From positions 352,001-416,000 of the forward strand of contig OZ252098.1 of assembly GCA_965248355.1 (NCBI GenBank): 64,000 nucleotides of DNA, given 5' to 3'. The notes below the pieces were generated by a model. The model was not told where the DNA came from and ran no database searches. It was given only the letters and a program-made list of their open reading frames with translations. Position numbers and translations under genes: made by a program. Source of the DNA: Candidatus Latescibacterota bacterium. Its GTDB lineage: Bacteria > Latescibacterota > UBA2968 > UBA8231. Every line of letters starts with the position of its first letter. Positions within the stretch are counted from its first letter, which is position 1. Of the stretch, positions 40,108-49,133 are shown piece by piece.

Positions 40108-41306
40108 ACGAAGGGTTGTCGGCTTACATCCAGCGCGTCGCCCCATCGGCGACGATGGCCACCTCGGCCAAGGCGGCGGCCCTGCGGCGGGAGGGCGTCG
40201 ACGTGATCGCCCTGTCTGCCGGCGAGCCCGACTTCGACACGCCGGAGCACATCAAGGACGCCGCCAAGCAGGCCCTGGACGAGGGCTTCACCAAGTACAC
40301 CTCGCCGCCCTCCGGCATTCCAGAGCTGAAGGCCGCCGTCTGCGGCAAGTTCCGGAAGGACAACGGCCTGGAGTACGGTCCGGAGGAGGTGGTCGTCAAC
40401 AACGGGGCCAAGCACTCCCTGGCTCTGGCCGTGGCGGCGGTGTTGAACCCGGGCGACGAGATGGTCATCCCCACGCCTTACTGGGTGACCTTCACGGAGC
40501 AGCCCAAGCTCGTCGGCGCGAATCCCGTGATCGTGGAGACCCGGGACGAAGAGGGCCTGAAGCTGACCCCGGAGCAGTTGCGCGCCGTGCTCACCCCGCG
40601 GACCCGGATGGTCCTGATCAACAGCCCGTCCAACCCGAGCGGCGCCGTCTACTCCCGGCAGGAGCTGGCCGCCCTCGGCGAGGTCGTCCTCGAGCACGGG
40701 CTCTACGTCCTCAGCGACGAGATCTACGAGAAGCTGATCTACGACGGGGCCGAGCACGTCTCCGTGGCGCAGCTGAGCCCGGAGCTGAAGGCGCGCACCA
40801 TCATCGTCAACGGCGTCTCCAAGACCTACGCCATGACCGGCTGGCGGATCGGCTACGCCGCGGGCCCCGGCGACGTCATCGGCCTGATGGACAAGGCCCA
40901 GAGCCAGACCGTCTCCCACGCCTCTTCGATCTCGCAGAAGGCTGCGGTGGCAGCCCTTGAAGGGCCCCAGGAGATGGTGGAGGAGATGCGCCGGGAGTAC
41001 GATCGCCGGCGCCGGTTTGTCGTCGACCGCCTCAACGGACTGCAGGGCGTCATCTGTGCCCTGCCCCTCGGGGCCTTCTATGTCTATCCGGACGTGTCCG
41101 CCTGCTTCGGGCTCCGCACCGGCGAGCGGGTGATCGCCGACGGCATCGACCTTTGCGACTACCTCCTCGACGAGGCTCGGGTGGCCTGCGTGCCCGGCCG
41201 GGGGTTCGGCACGGAAGCGCACCTCCGACTGTCGTACGCCACCTCGATGGAGAACCTCCACCGCGCCATGGACCGCCTCGACGAGGCTCTGGGGAAGCTG
41301 GCGTGA
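40104..41306 (+). CDS. Class I/II PLP aminotransferase (AspC-like)
   Basis: GEPDFDTP, NSPSNPSG, DEIY and SKTYAMTGWRIG motifs. Confidence 0.93.
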   Translation: MNEGLSAYIQRVAPSATMATSAKAAALRREGVDVIALSAGEPDFDTPEHIKDAAKQALDEGFTKYTSPPSGIPELKAAVCGKFRKDNGLEYGPEEVVVNNGAKHSLALAVAAVLNPGDEMVIPTPYWVTFTEQPKLVGANPVIVETRDEEGLKLTPEQLRAVLTPRTRMVLINSPSNPSGAVYSRQELAALGEVVLEHGLYVLSDEIYEKLIYDGAEHVSVAQLSPELKARTIIVNGVSKTYAMTGWRIGYAAGPGDVIGLMDKAQSQTVSHASSISQKAAVAALEGPQEMVEEMRREYDRRRRFVVDRLNGLQGVICALPLGAFYVYPDVSACFGLRTGERVIADGIDLCDYLLDEARVACVPGRGFGTEAHLRLSYATSMENLHRAMDRLDEALGKLA

Positions 41307-41372
41307 AGAAGGGAGCCAGGAGTGGTGTCTTTGCCGGTGACCCGCATCCTTTCTCCGCCCCGGCGGCAGGCT

Positions 41373-42335
41373 ATGAGTGACGACACCTCCCACCTCGACT
41401 TCGAGCGCCCCATCGTGGAGCTCGAGAAACGCATCAGCGAGATGGAGGCCCAGGCCGAGACCGACGGTCTCGATCTGAGCGGCGAGATCCGTTCCCTGGA
41501 GGAGCGCGTCAAGAAGCTTCGCCGCGAGATCTACTCCCGGCTCACGCGCTGGCAGCGGGTGCAGATCTCCCGCCATCCGCAGCGTCCGTACGCCCTCGAC
41601 TACATCGAGCGGATCCTCACCGACTTCATCGAGCTCCACGGCGACCGTTATTACGGGGACGACAAGTCGATCGTCGGTGGACCCGCCCGTCTCGACGGCG
41701 AGCCCTTGGTCGTGGTGGGCATCCAGAGCGGGCGCAACTTGGACGACCGCAAGCTGCGCAATTTCGGCATGCCCCATCCCGAGGGCTACCGCAAGGCCCT
41801 GCGCCTGATGCAGATGGCGGCCAAGTTCCGGCGCCCCATCCTGACTCTTGTCGATACGTCGGGCGCCTTTCCCGGCGTCGAGGCCGAGGAGCGGGGACAG
41901 GCGGAGGCCATCGCCCGCAACCTGTTCGAGATGTCCCACCTGCCCGTGCCCATCGTCGTGGCCATCATCGGTCAGGCCTTCTCCGGTGGGGCCATCGGCA
42001 TTACCGTAGGCGACCGCATCCTGATGCTGGAGCACGCCGTCTACTCGGTGATCGTGCCCGAGAGCTGCTCCACGATCCTTTTCCGCACGCGGGACCGCAA
42101 GGAAGAAGCGGCCGAAGCGCTCAGGCTTTCGGCGGCGGACCTGATCAGGAACAAGATCGTGGACCGCGTGGTTCCCGAGCCCTTCGGCGGCGCCCACCGC
42201 GACTACGACCAGGTGGCATCGAGCCTGAAGCGTCACATCCAGGAGGCCCTGGCGGAGTTGCGTCCACTGGACCCGCAGGACCTGGTGGATCAGCGTGTCG
42301 AGAAGTTCTCTGCCATGGGGGTCTGGGAGGAGTAG
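41373..42335 (+). CDS. accA: Acetyl-CoA carboxylase carboxyltransferase alpha subunit
   Basis: [28 protein letters not shown] and [14 protein letters not shown] motifs. Confidence 0.95.
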   Translation: MSDDTSHLDFERPIVELEKRISEMEAQAETDGLDLSGEIRSLEERVKKLRREIYSRLTRWQRVQISRHPQRPYALDYIERILTDFIELHGDRYYGDDKSIVGGPARLDGEPLVVVGIQSGRNLDDRKLRNFGMPHPEGYRKALRLMQMAAKFRRPILTLVDTSGAFPGVEAEERGQAEAIARNLFEMSHLPVPIVVAIIGQAFSGGAIGITVGDRILMLEHAVYSVIVPESCSTILFRTRDRKEEAAEALRLSAADLIRNKIVDRVVPEPFGGAHRDYDQVASSLKRHIQEALAELRPLDPQDLVDQRVEKFSAMGVWEE

Positions 42336-42370
42336 GGCCGGCTTCCCATGGGGAGCATCCGCCCCTGACG

Positions 42371-42413
42371 AAAAGAAGCGGCCCCCGTCTCGCCGGGAGG
42401 AGACGGGGGCCGC
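42371..42413 (-). terminator. Intrinsic terminator
   Basis: 14-bp stem GCGGCCCCCGTCTC/GAGACGGGGGCCGC followed by TTCTTTT on the minus strand. Confidence 0.85.
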
Positions 42414-42433
42414 ACTGGTTCTGGTCGTCGTCC

Positions 42434-43357
42434 TTAGTTGCGGCGCACGCGGTCGAAGAGCCGCTCCAGCCGGTCGAAAGCCAGGCGAATCATGTCGTCG
42501 TCCCAGTCGCCGTCGACGTTGACGCGCAGCACGGACTTGAGGGTGTCGAGGTAGGCGCGCTGGGCCTCGGTGAGAGGGCGGTTGCTCGCACCTCGTTCGC
42601 GATCCCGCTCGCCGCGGTCCCGTTCGCCGCGGTCCCGCTCCCCCCGTTCGCCGCGGTCCCGCTCCCCTCGTTCGCCGCGGTCCCGCTCTCCGCCCCGGCC
42701 CTGAGGGCGCCGGTCGGCCGCCTGAGGAGACCGGCCTTCGCCGCGACGCCCGTTGCCCGAGGCCGGCCCCGTCGTCTCCCCGCTCTCCTTGGCCTCGGAG
42801 CCGCCGTCGTCGATCTCGGCCACTTCGGCCTCGCCGGCCACTTCGGTCTCTTCAGTCTCTTCGACGGCAGGCAAAGGGCCTCCGCCTTCCGCCTCGGTCA
42901 GCAGGTACTTGAAGAACATCTTCATCTTGTTGGCCGAGTCGTTCCCCATACCTGTCTCGTGGCGGAAGTAGGCGACCATGTCCCGATCGGACATCTCGCC
43001 GCCGCTTTCCCGGTACTGCCCCAGCAGCTCCGGGTAGAGGTCGTTGAGGACCTCGTCGATGGCCTGACGCCGGTTGTCCTTGTCGACCAGGCTCATCAGC
43101 CGGTCCGTGGGCCGCTGCTCATCGTCGATCAGCCCCATGGCCTCGACGCCGCGGAGAAAGCGGTAGATCATCGAGGGCGTGCGGATGATGGCGCGTACGT
43201 AGTCGCGGTCGATCTCCTCCGGGATCTTGCCCTGCAGGCGGGAGAGGAACTTCTCGAACTGGGTCTTGGTGATGTAAGGATACCAAGGCGTGTCCTTGCC
43301 CTGCTGGCCCTCGCCCTCGCTGGCGACGACCTCCTCGTCATCCCTTGGTTCTGCCAT
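42434..43357 (-). CDS. Hypothetical protein, DUF5343-like N-terminal domain, charged low-complexity linker, small C-terminal helical domain
   Basis: Start re-assigned to MAEPRDD. PYITKTQFEKFL..P..IDRDY resembles DUF5343 from memory. Confidence 0.55.
   Translation of the reverse strand: MAEPRDDEEVVASEGEGQQGKDTPWYPYITKTQFEKFLSRLQGKIPEEIDRDYVRAIIRTPSMIYRFLRGVEAMGLIDDEQRPTDRLMSLVDKDNRRQAIDEVLNDLYPELLGQYRESGGEMSDRDMVAYFRHETGMGNDSANKMKMFFKYLLTEAEGGGPLPAVEETEETEVAGEAEVAEIDDGGSEAKESGETTGPASGNGRRGEGRSPQAADRRPQGRGGERDRGERGERDRGERGERDRGERDRGERDRERGASNRPLTEAQRAYLDTLKSVLRVNVDGDWDDDMIRLAFDRLERLFDRVRRN
42591..42696 (-). repeat. Coding tandem repeat (RDRGE / RGE units)
   Basis: Repeated TCGCCGCGGTCCCG units on the + strand, encoding GERDRGERGERDRGE... 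Confidence 0.85.
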
Positions 43358-43413
43358 GGGAATAGCTCCGATGCGATGGATGGTGAGCCGTCGCGCCTCG
43401 CGTCCCTGCCCGG

Positions 43414-43761
43414 TCAGGGATAGGCGGCCGTCACCTTTGTGGTGATACCGCCGCGGGCGCTGTAATCGCCGACCACCGTCATCCGTCTGGGCGCGCATGC
43501 GGCCACGAGATGATCGAGGATCGCGTTGGTCACGGCTTCGTAGAAGATGCCCTGCTGGCGATAGGACTGCAGGTAGAGCTTGAGAGATTTGAGCTCGATG
43601 CAGCGATCACCGGGGACATATGTGATGTGGATGGTGCCGAAGTCTGGTTGTCCGGTCCGGGGACAGACCGAGGTGAACTCGGGACACTCGATGTCGATGG
43701 TGTAATCCCGACGCGGCTCGGGATTGGGGAAGATCTCCAGAAGTTCCTCGGGAGGGGACAT
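43414..43761 (-). CDS. queF: NADPH-dependent preQ0 reductase (short type I)
   Basis: [25 protein letters not shown] and RGGI motifs. Confidence 0.95.
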   Translation of the reverse strand: MSPPEELLEIFPNPEPRRDYTIDIECPEFTSVCPRTGQPDFGTIHITYVPGDRCIELKSLKLYLQSYRQQGIFYEAVTNAILDHLVAACAPRRMTVVGDYSARGGITTKVTAAYP

Positions 43762-43769
43762 CCCCCGAG

Positions 43770-43798
43770 AAACTAGGCCACCATCATCGCCCGGTCAA
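43770..43798 (-). promoter_or_regulatory. Putative promoter giving a near-leaderless queF mRNA
   Basis: TTGACC-N17-TAGTTT, 8 nt before the ATG. Confidence 0.5.
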
Positions 43799-43806
43799 AT
43801 GGGGGG

Positions 43807-45390
43807 TCAGGACAGGAAGCGGCTCAGCACGTTTGCCGTGATGCGGGAGACGACGTCGTCCACGAGGATCGATGACGGGTAGTTGATCGAGCCCACGGAG
43901 AACACCTCGCCGCCGCTCTCGGTGTCGAAGTGCACGATCTCACCGCCGCCGTCGTCGGGATTCATCCCCTTGGCCAGGACATGCACGTTGGCCGGCGAGC
44001 TCGGCGAGGTCTTGTCGGTCTCGTGTCCCGAGGCGCCGCCGGGGATCCTCATGTGCAGGCTGGTCCGGCCGAACCGGTCCCCATCGGACAGGCCCGTGCC
44101 GGCGAAGATCCAGTGGCCGGCATCGATGACGCGGTAGGGCGCCGCGGTCATGATCCCCGAGTCGGAGAAGACGACGCCGAGGAGGCTCGCCTCCGATTCG
44201 ACGTACAGGTGGAAGCGGCTCTCCGCCCCCCGGCGGGACAGCTCCCGCACGTTGCCGTTGAAGACCTTCATCGTTCCTTCGTCGAGCATCTCGATCTTGC
44301 AGTTGAGGCCGTTGCCGCCCAGGTACATCAGCTTGCCGCCGCGCTCGAAGACCCACGACTTCACCGCGTGGTACATCTCCTCCGACCAGTACTCGGGATG
44401 GGTGCTGATCACCAGGACTCGATAGTCGTCGAGCCGCAACTGCCCGGCGTGGAGCTGCGTCTCCGACCACAGGTCGTAGGCGAATCCCTGCCGCTCCATC
44501 CATCCGAGAAAGCGCCACTCGGCCTCGGCCAGGTGGCAGGCCGCGCGCCCCTCGATGGGATCGGTGAGCTGCACGTGGAGGGGGATGTGGTTGATCGGCT
44601 CGGGCCGGTCGAAGGAGAGGGAATCGTAGTCCTCGGTGTGGTGAGTGACGTGGTCGGGGTCCGTATAGCGATCGAGCTCGAGACGGGCGTTGACCGTCGG
44701 CGCGGGCGGGATCCGGTCGGGGTGGATGTAGTTGCTGCGCCCGCCGAAGTTGTTGTAGGCGTTCCAGGTGATGTTGCTCGCCAGGACCGCCGCCGGGGCG
44801 CCGGGGGCGGTTGGCGCCACGATCCACGGGAAGGAGAAGAACCGTCCGCTCTCGGTGGAGGCGTGGAAGTAGTAGAGCCCGGTGCGCTCCGGGGCGACCA
44901 CCTGCTGTGGATGCCGGGGGCCGGTGTAACCGTGGCGGTTCCACTGCACGCCGGTCTGCGTGTAGTCCCCGTCCGGGGTGATCTGCACCGTCGCTCGCGG
45001 ACCGTGCTCGTCGTACCAGCCGATGGTGCGCACGAACTCCTTCTCGCGGCCGTAGCGGAACAGCTCCAGCTTGTAGGCCTCGTGGCTGTGAACGCGGAAC
45101 TCGGCGCGTTCGCCGCCGCGCACCCACTTGGGCCAGGCGTAGCCCAACAGCCCGTCGACGAGCAGCCGGAAGTGGCAGGGGCGGCCCTCGACGAGGCTGA
45201 CTCTCTCGCGCTTGCTCCCGTAGCCCTGGCGGGCGAGGACGACTTCGTACGGACCTGGGGTCAGGTCCGCGTACACGGCGCCCGAGGCGCTCGATCGCGC
45301 CTCCACCACGTCTCCCGCAGGCCCGGTGAACTCGAGAAGGGTATCGGGCAGGGCCACGTAGCGCTCATCACTCACGTATCCGATCAGCAT
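43807..45390 (-). CDS. N,N-dimethylformamidase beta-subunit-like protein with N-terminal carboxypeptidase-regulatory-like domain
   Basis: TWNAYNNFGG, LSFDRP, HPEYWS, YLGGNG, GHETD and GGEVFSVGSI motifs; start MLIGYVSDE with GGAGAG RBS. Confidence 0.8.
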   Translation of the reverse strand: MLIGYVSDERYVALPDTLLEFTGPAGDVVEARSSASGAVYADLTPGPYEVVLARQGYGSKRERVSLVEGRPCHFRLLVDGLLGYAWPKWVRGGERAEFRVHSHEAYKLELFRYGREKEFVRTIGWYDEHGPRATVQITPDGDYTQTGVQWNRHGYTGPRHPQQVVAPERTGLYYFHASTESGRFFSFPWIVAPTAPGAPAAVLASNITWNAYNNFGGRSNYIHPDRIPPAPTVNARLELDRYTDPDHVTHHTEDYDSLSFDRPEPINHIPLHVQLTDPIEGRAACHLAEAEWRFLGWMERQGFAYDLWSETQLHAGQLRLDDYRVLVISTHPEYWSEEMYHAVKSWVFERGGKLMYLGGNGLNCKIEMLDEGTMKVFNGNVRELSRRGAESRFHLYVESEASLLGVVFSDSGIMTAAPYRVIDAGHWIFAGTGLSDGDRFGRTSLHMRIPGGASGHETDKTSPSSPANVHVLAKGMNPDDGGGEIVHFDTESGGEVFSVGSINYPSSILVDDVVSRITANVLSRFLS

Positions 45391-46051
45391 GTTCTCTCCA
45401 GGGATCGGGAAGGCCCGCCGCGGCGAAGCCACGGGACCGGAGGCGGCAACTGTGGCAGTCACCGCAGGGGAAGTCGGAGCCAAGGTAGCAGGACCAGGTC
45501 AGGTGCAGGGGTGCTCCCAGCTCCACTCCGCGCCGGACGATGGCGGCCTTGTCGAGGTGGAGCAGGGGCGTGCGCACGCCGATCTCCACCGAGGCCGGGG
45601 TCGCCGCCTCGACGAGCCGGCCGAAGGCGCGGAAGAAGGCCGGTTGCGTATCCGGATAGGGCGATCCGGGAGCGTGGGCCCCGCAGAAGACCTCCGGGGC
45701 GCCGAGAACCTCGGCCCAGGCGACCGCCGCCGCCAGGAGACTGGCGTTGCGAAAGGGGACGTACGTCCCCGGCACCTCACCGCCGCCGGAGCCGTCCCCG
45801 GCGACCGGGAGAGTCCGGTCGGTCAGGCTTGAGCCGCCGAGGTCCCGCAGGTACCGGAGGTCGACCTCCCGCCGGCGCGAGAGGTTGTAGTGATCGGCGA
45901 TCTCCAGGAAGGCCCGCCGCTCCCGGCCCTCGGTTCGCTGGCCGTACCCGGCGTGCATCACCGCTACATCCTCTCCATGGCTTCGCAGGGCTTCCGCCAG
46001 GGCGACACAGCTGTCGAGACCCCCGCTCACGAGGGCGATGGCGGCGGTCAT
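45368..46051 (-). CDS. queC: 7-cyano-7-deazaguanine synthase
   Basis: SGGLDS PP-loop, YGQR, TYVPFRN and TWSCY..CGDCHSC motifs. Confidence 0.9.
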   Translation of the reverse strand: MTAAIALVSGGLDSCVALAEALRSHGEDVAVMHAGYGQRTEGRERRAFLEIADHYNLSRRREVDLRYLRDLGGSSLTDRTLPVAGDGSGGGEVPGTYVPFRNASLLAAAVAWAEVLGAPEVFCGAHAPGSPYPDTQPAFFRAFGRLVEAATPASVEIGVRTPLLHLDKAAIVRRGVELGAPLHLTWSCYLGSDFPCGDCHSCRLRSRGFAAAGLPDPWREHADRIRE

Positions 46052-46113
46052 TGCGAGTGCGGCGGCGGGAATGGAGGGAACCCGGGCAGGAGATGGGCCT
46101 CCCCAATATAAGA

Positions 46114-46141
46114 TTGACACCCCCGGGGGGGTGCATAGATT
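46114..46141 (+). promoter_or_regulatory. Putative promoter for ispH (near-leaderless)
   Basis: TTGACA-N16-TAGATT, 8 nt before the ATG; no SD sequence. Confidence 0.55.
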
Positions 46142-46149
46142 CTCGCGCC

Positions 46150-47436
46150 ATGGCCTTCAAGCAGTTCGACCGGGTGCCCAATCACTACGCCGGCCCCGTC
46201 ATCCAGCGGATCAAGGACTTCCGGGAAAGCGAGGGCAAGCGCTCGCTGGCGCCGACGCGCCTGACCGTTGGCCAGCTCGAGGTGATCGTGCCCCGCCACT
46301 TCGGCTTCTGCTTCGGCGTGGAGCGCGCCATCCACATGGCCTTCTCCGCCATCGACAACCATCCCGACAAGCGGCTCAACCTCCTCAGCGAGATCATCCA
46401 CAACCCCCTGGTCAACGAGGACCTCGAGAACCGGGGGGTCCGATTCATCTACGACAGGAACGGCGAATACGACAGGAACGGCGAACGGCGCGTCGCGGAG
46501 GAGGAGATTTCTTCCGAAGACGTGGTCCTGATCCCCGCTTTCGGCACCACGCGGGAGATCGAGGACTCCCTGCAGCGCAGCGGCATCGACACCACGTCCG
46601 AGGATTTTCGCGAGAACTACGACACCACCTGTCCCTTCGTCTCCAAGGTCTGGAGTCGCGGCGAGGAGCTGGCCCGCGAAGGCTACACCATTCTCATCCA
46701 CGGCAAGTTCCGGCACGAGGAGACCCAGGCCACGCGCTCCCACACCCAGCAGTACGGCAAGACCCTGGTCGTCCTCGACCGGGAGGAAGCGCTGAAGGTG
46801 GCCCGCTTCATCGCCGGCCAGATGAGCGTCGACGAGTTCCGCGAGGGCTTCGAGGGCAAGTGGTCGGAAGGCTTCGACCCGGACCGGGACCTGGCCCGGG
46901 TGGCCGTCGTCAACCAGACGACGATGCTCGCCGAGGAGACCCAGGAGGTGACCGGCATCATCCGCGACGCCATCGCCGAGCGCTACGGCTTCGAGGTCCT
47001 CGACCACCACTTCGCCGATACCGCCGACACTCTGTGCTACGCCACCAACTGGAACCAGAACGCCACCAAGGCGCTCCTCGACGTCCAGCCGGACCTGGCC
47101 GTCATCGTCGGCGGCTACAACAGCTCCAACACCTCCCACCTGGTGGAAATCTGCGAACGCGTGATGCCGAGCTACCTGATCGGTTCGGCCGCCGACCTGC
47201 TGTCCCGGGAGCGCATCCGTCACTTCGACATCCACCGCAAGGAGATCGTCGAGACCCGGAGGTGGCTCCCGGAGGAATTGCCCGTGCGACTGGCCGTCAC
47301 CTCCGGCGCCAGCTGCCCGGACGTGCTGATGAACGACGTGGTGCAGCGCCTCTCCGCCTTCTACGGATACGGCGGCGACGACATCCAGGCCGGGCTCACG
47401 AATCTGGCTCTGCACGAGCCCGCGGTTCTGACCTGA
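46150..47436 (+). CDS. ispH: 4-hydroxy-3-methylbut-2-enyl diphosphate reductase (long form)
   Basis: FGFCFGVERAI, EIIHNP, DTTCPFV, HEET, NQTT, TLCYAT, NSSNT and TSGASCPD motifs. Confidence 0.95.
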   Translation: MAFKQFDRVPNHYAGPVIQRIKDFRESEGKRSLAPTRLTVGQLEVIVPRHFGFCFGVERAIHMAFSAIDNHPDKRLNLLSEIIHNPLVNEDLENRGVRFIYDRNGEYDRNGERRVAEEEISSEDVVLIPAFGTTREIEDSLQRSGIDTTSEDFRENYDTTCPFVSKVWSRGEELAREGYTILIHGKFRHEETQATRSHTQQYGKTLVVLDREEALKVARFIAGQMSVDEFREGFEGKWSEGFDPDRDLARVAVVNQTTMLAEETQEVTGIIRDAIAERYGFEVLDHHFADTADTLCYATNWNQNATKALLDVQPDLAVIVGGYNSSNTSHLVEICERVMPSYLIGSAADLLSRERIRHFDIHRKEIVETRRWLPEELPVRLAVTSGASCPDVLMNDVVQRLSAFYGYGGDDIQAGLTNLALHEPAVLT

Positions 47437-47441
47437 CAGAG

Positions 47442-47744
47442 ATGGTCCTGGCGCGGGTCAAGGGGCAGGCGGTGGCCTCGGCCAAGGTCGCCGATCTCGA
47501 GGGCCGGAGACTGCTGCTCGTGGAGTTGCTCACCGTCGACGGCGACGAGGTCGTCCCCACCCGCAGGCACATGGTCTGCGTCGACTCCGTGGGCGCCGGC
47601 CAGGGCGAGGTCGTCCTTCTCGTGCAGGGCAGCTCGGCCCGTCAGAGTCCGGGGATGGGGGACCTTCCCGTGGACGCCGTTCTGGTGGGCATCGTCCAGT
47701 CGGTCAGCGCCCGGGGTCATCGACTCGTACAGGCCGCCGCATGA
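47442..47744 (+). CDS. BMC pentamer (EutN/CcmL family) #1
   Basis: MVLARVKGQAVASAK..VCVDSVGAGQGEVVLLVQGSSAR..VDAVLVGIV. Confidence 0.92.
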   Translation: MVLARVKGQAVASAKVADLEGRRLLLVELLTVDGDEVVPTRRHMVCVDSVGAGQGEVVLLVQGSSARQSPGMGDLPVDAVLVGIVQSVSARGHRLVQAAA

Positions 47745-47998
47745 GAATGGCACGGGTCATCGGCAACGTCGTCGCCGGCGAACACCATCCCGCCCTCGAT
47801 CACCGCACGATCCTGGTCGTCGACGATGGCGGGGGCACCGCCCTGCAGCTGGCGGTCGACGCCGTGGGCGCGGGCCCTGGCTGCCGGGTCCTGGTCGCGG
47901 ATTCGGGCGCCGCCGGCCGCGAGGTCACGGGTCTCGAGTTCCCGCCCGTGCGCAGCGTCGTCGTGGGTATCGTCGACGGCCCCGGCGAGGCGCCGTGA
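47741..47998 (+). CDS. BMC pentamer (EutN/CcmL family) #2
   Basis: MARVIGNVVA..AVDAVGAGPG..VVVGIVD. Confidence 0.9.
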   Translation: MRMARVIGNVVAGEHHPALDHRTILVVDDGGGTALQLAVDAVGAGPGCRVLVADSGAAGREVTGLEFPPVRSVVVGIVDGPGEAP

Positions 47999-48267
47999 AG
48001 CTGGCCCGCGTTCTCGGTCAGGTCGTTCTGTCGCCGAAGATCGAGCCGTACCGGGACAGGAGCCTGCACCTGATTCAGGACGTGAACCGCGAGCTGCAGG
48101 GCGTGGGCGATCCCGAGGTGGCCGTCACCTGGCAGGCCATGGCCGAGGGAGACCTGGTCGTCGTCGAGGTCGCCCGGGAGGCGTGCAACGCCTTCGACAA
48201 CACGATCCCGGCCGACGCCGTCATCATCGGCCGCGCCGACCGGGTTCACATCGATACCGCTTCCTGA
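47995..48267 (+). CDS. BMC pentamer (EutN/CcmL family) #3, divergent
   Basis: MKLARVLGQVVLSPK..GDLVVVEVAREA..ADAVIIGRAD. Confidence 0.85.
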   Translation: MKLARVLGQVVLSPKIEPYRDRSLHLIQDVNRELQGVGDPEVAVTWQAMAEGDLVVVEVAREACNAFDNTIPADAVIIGRADRVHIDTAS

Positions 48268-48285
48268 GGGGCAGGCAGGAGAGAT

Positions 48286-48843
48286 ATGACAGAGGCTCTG
48301 GGCATGTTGGAGACGGTGGGGCTCACGGGCGCGATCGCCGGCGGAGATGCGATTTCGAAGGCGGCGAAGGTGGAGCTCCTGGGCTGGGACCGGGTGGGCT
48401 CGGGGATGGCGACCGTGTTCTGCGGCGGCGACGTGGCGGCGGTGAAGTCGGCGGTCGACGCCGGTGCGCAGGCGGCGTCGAAGGTGGGAGAGGTGCGCGC
48501 CGTGCACGTGATTCCGCGGCCCCATGCCGACCTGGGGCCGATCCTGCCTTCGAACGGGGGGGGGGAGGTGAGCGGGGTCCGCGCCCTGGGGATGGTGGAG
48601 ACCCGCGGCTCGACGGGGGTCATCGAGGCCGCGGACGCCATGGAGAAGGCGGCGGAGGTGGAGGTGGTCCGCGTCCAGGAGATCGGGGGCGGCTACATCA
48701 CGGTGCTGGTCACCGGGGACGTGGGCAGCGTGCAGTCGGCGGTCACGGCGGGAGCGGAGGCGGCGGAGCGCGTGGGCGAACTGCTCGCACGCCACGTCAT
48801 CGCCCGTCCGTCGGAGGCCGTGCTCTCATTGTATCTGGGATGA
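48286..48843 (+). CDS. Tandem two-domain BMC shell protein (BMC-T)
   Basis: Two ALGM[LV]ET..D...KAA.V..GDV..V.SAV.AG..HVI.RP units. Confidence 0.93.
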   Translation: MTEALGMLETVGLTGAIAGGDAISKAAKVELLGWDRVGSGMATVFCGGDVAAVKSAVDAGAQAASKVGEVRAVHVIPRPHADLGPILPSNGGGEVSGVRALGMVETRGSTGVIEAADAMEKAAEVEVVRVQEIGGGYITVLVTGDVGSVQSAVTAGAEAAERVGELLARHVIARPSEAVLSLYLG

Positions 48844-48856
48844 AAGGGAGAAGGTC

Positions 48857-49123
48857 ATGAGTGCCTTGGGCATGGTGGAGACGCGGGGTCTGGCGGCGGC
48901 TGTGGAGGCCCTGGACGCGATGCTGAAGACGGCGGACGTGAGGTACACGGGCCAGAAGCGTGTGGGCGGGGGCCTGGTGTCGGTCCTGGTGGAGGGGGAC
49001 GTGGCCTCGGTGAAGTCGGCGGTCGACGCCGGCGCCCAGGCGGCCCAGGGCGTGGGGGAGCTGCGCAGCGTGCACGTGATCCCCCGGCCGATCGACAAGC
49101 TCAAGAGCGCCGCCGGCATCTGA
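48857..49123 (+). CDS. Single-domain BMC hexamer (BMC-H, EutM/PduA-like)
   Basis: [33 protein letters not shown]. Confidence 0.95.
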   Translation: MSALGMVETRGLAAAVEALDAMLKTADVRYTGQKRVGGGLVSVLVEGDVASVKSAVDAGAQAAQGVGELRSVHVIPRPIDKLKSAAGI

Positions 49124-49133
49124 CGGGACCGTC

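Noticed and set aside
42591-42696. Short direct repeats as a possible CRISPR array
   Set aside because: No spacers, units are multiples of 3 inside a coding frame, and no cas genes are present.
43930-46149. Long N-terminal extension of IspH (1168 aa ORF)
   Set aside because: It overlaps queC and the DMFase-like gene on the opposite strand; a promoter and ATG at 46150 define the real start.
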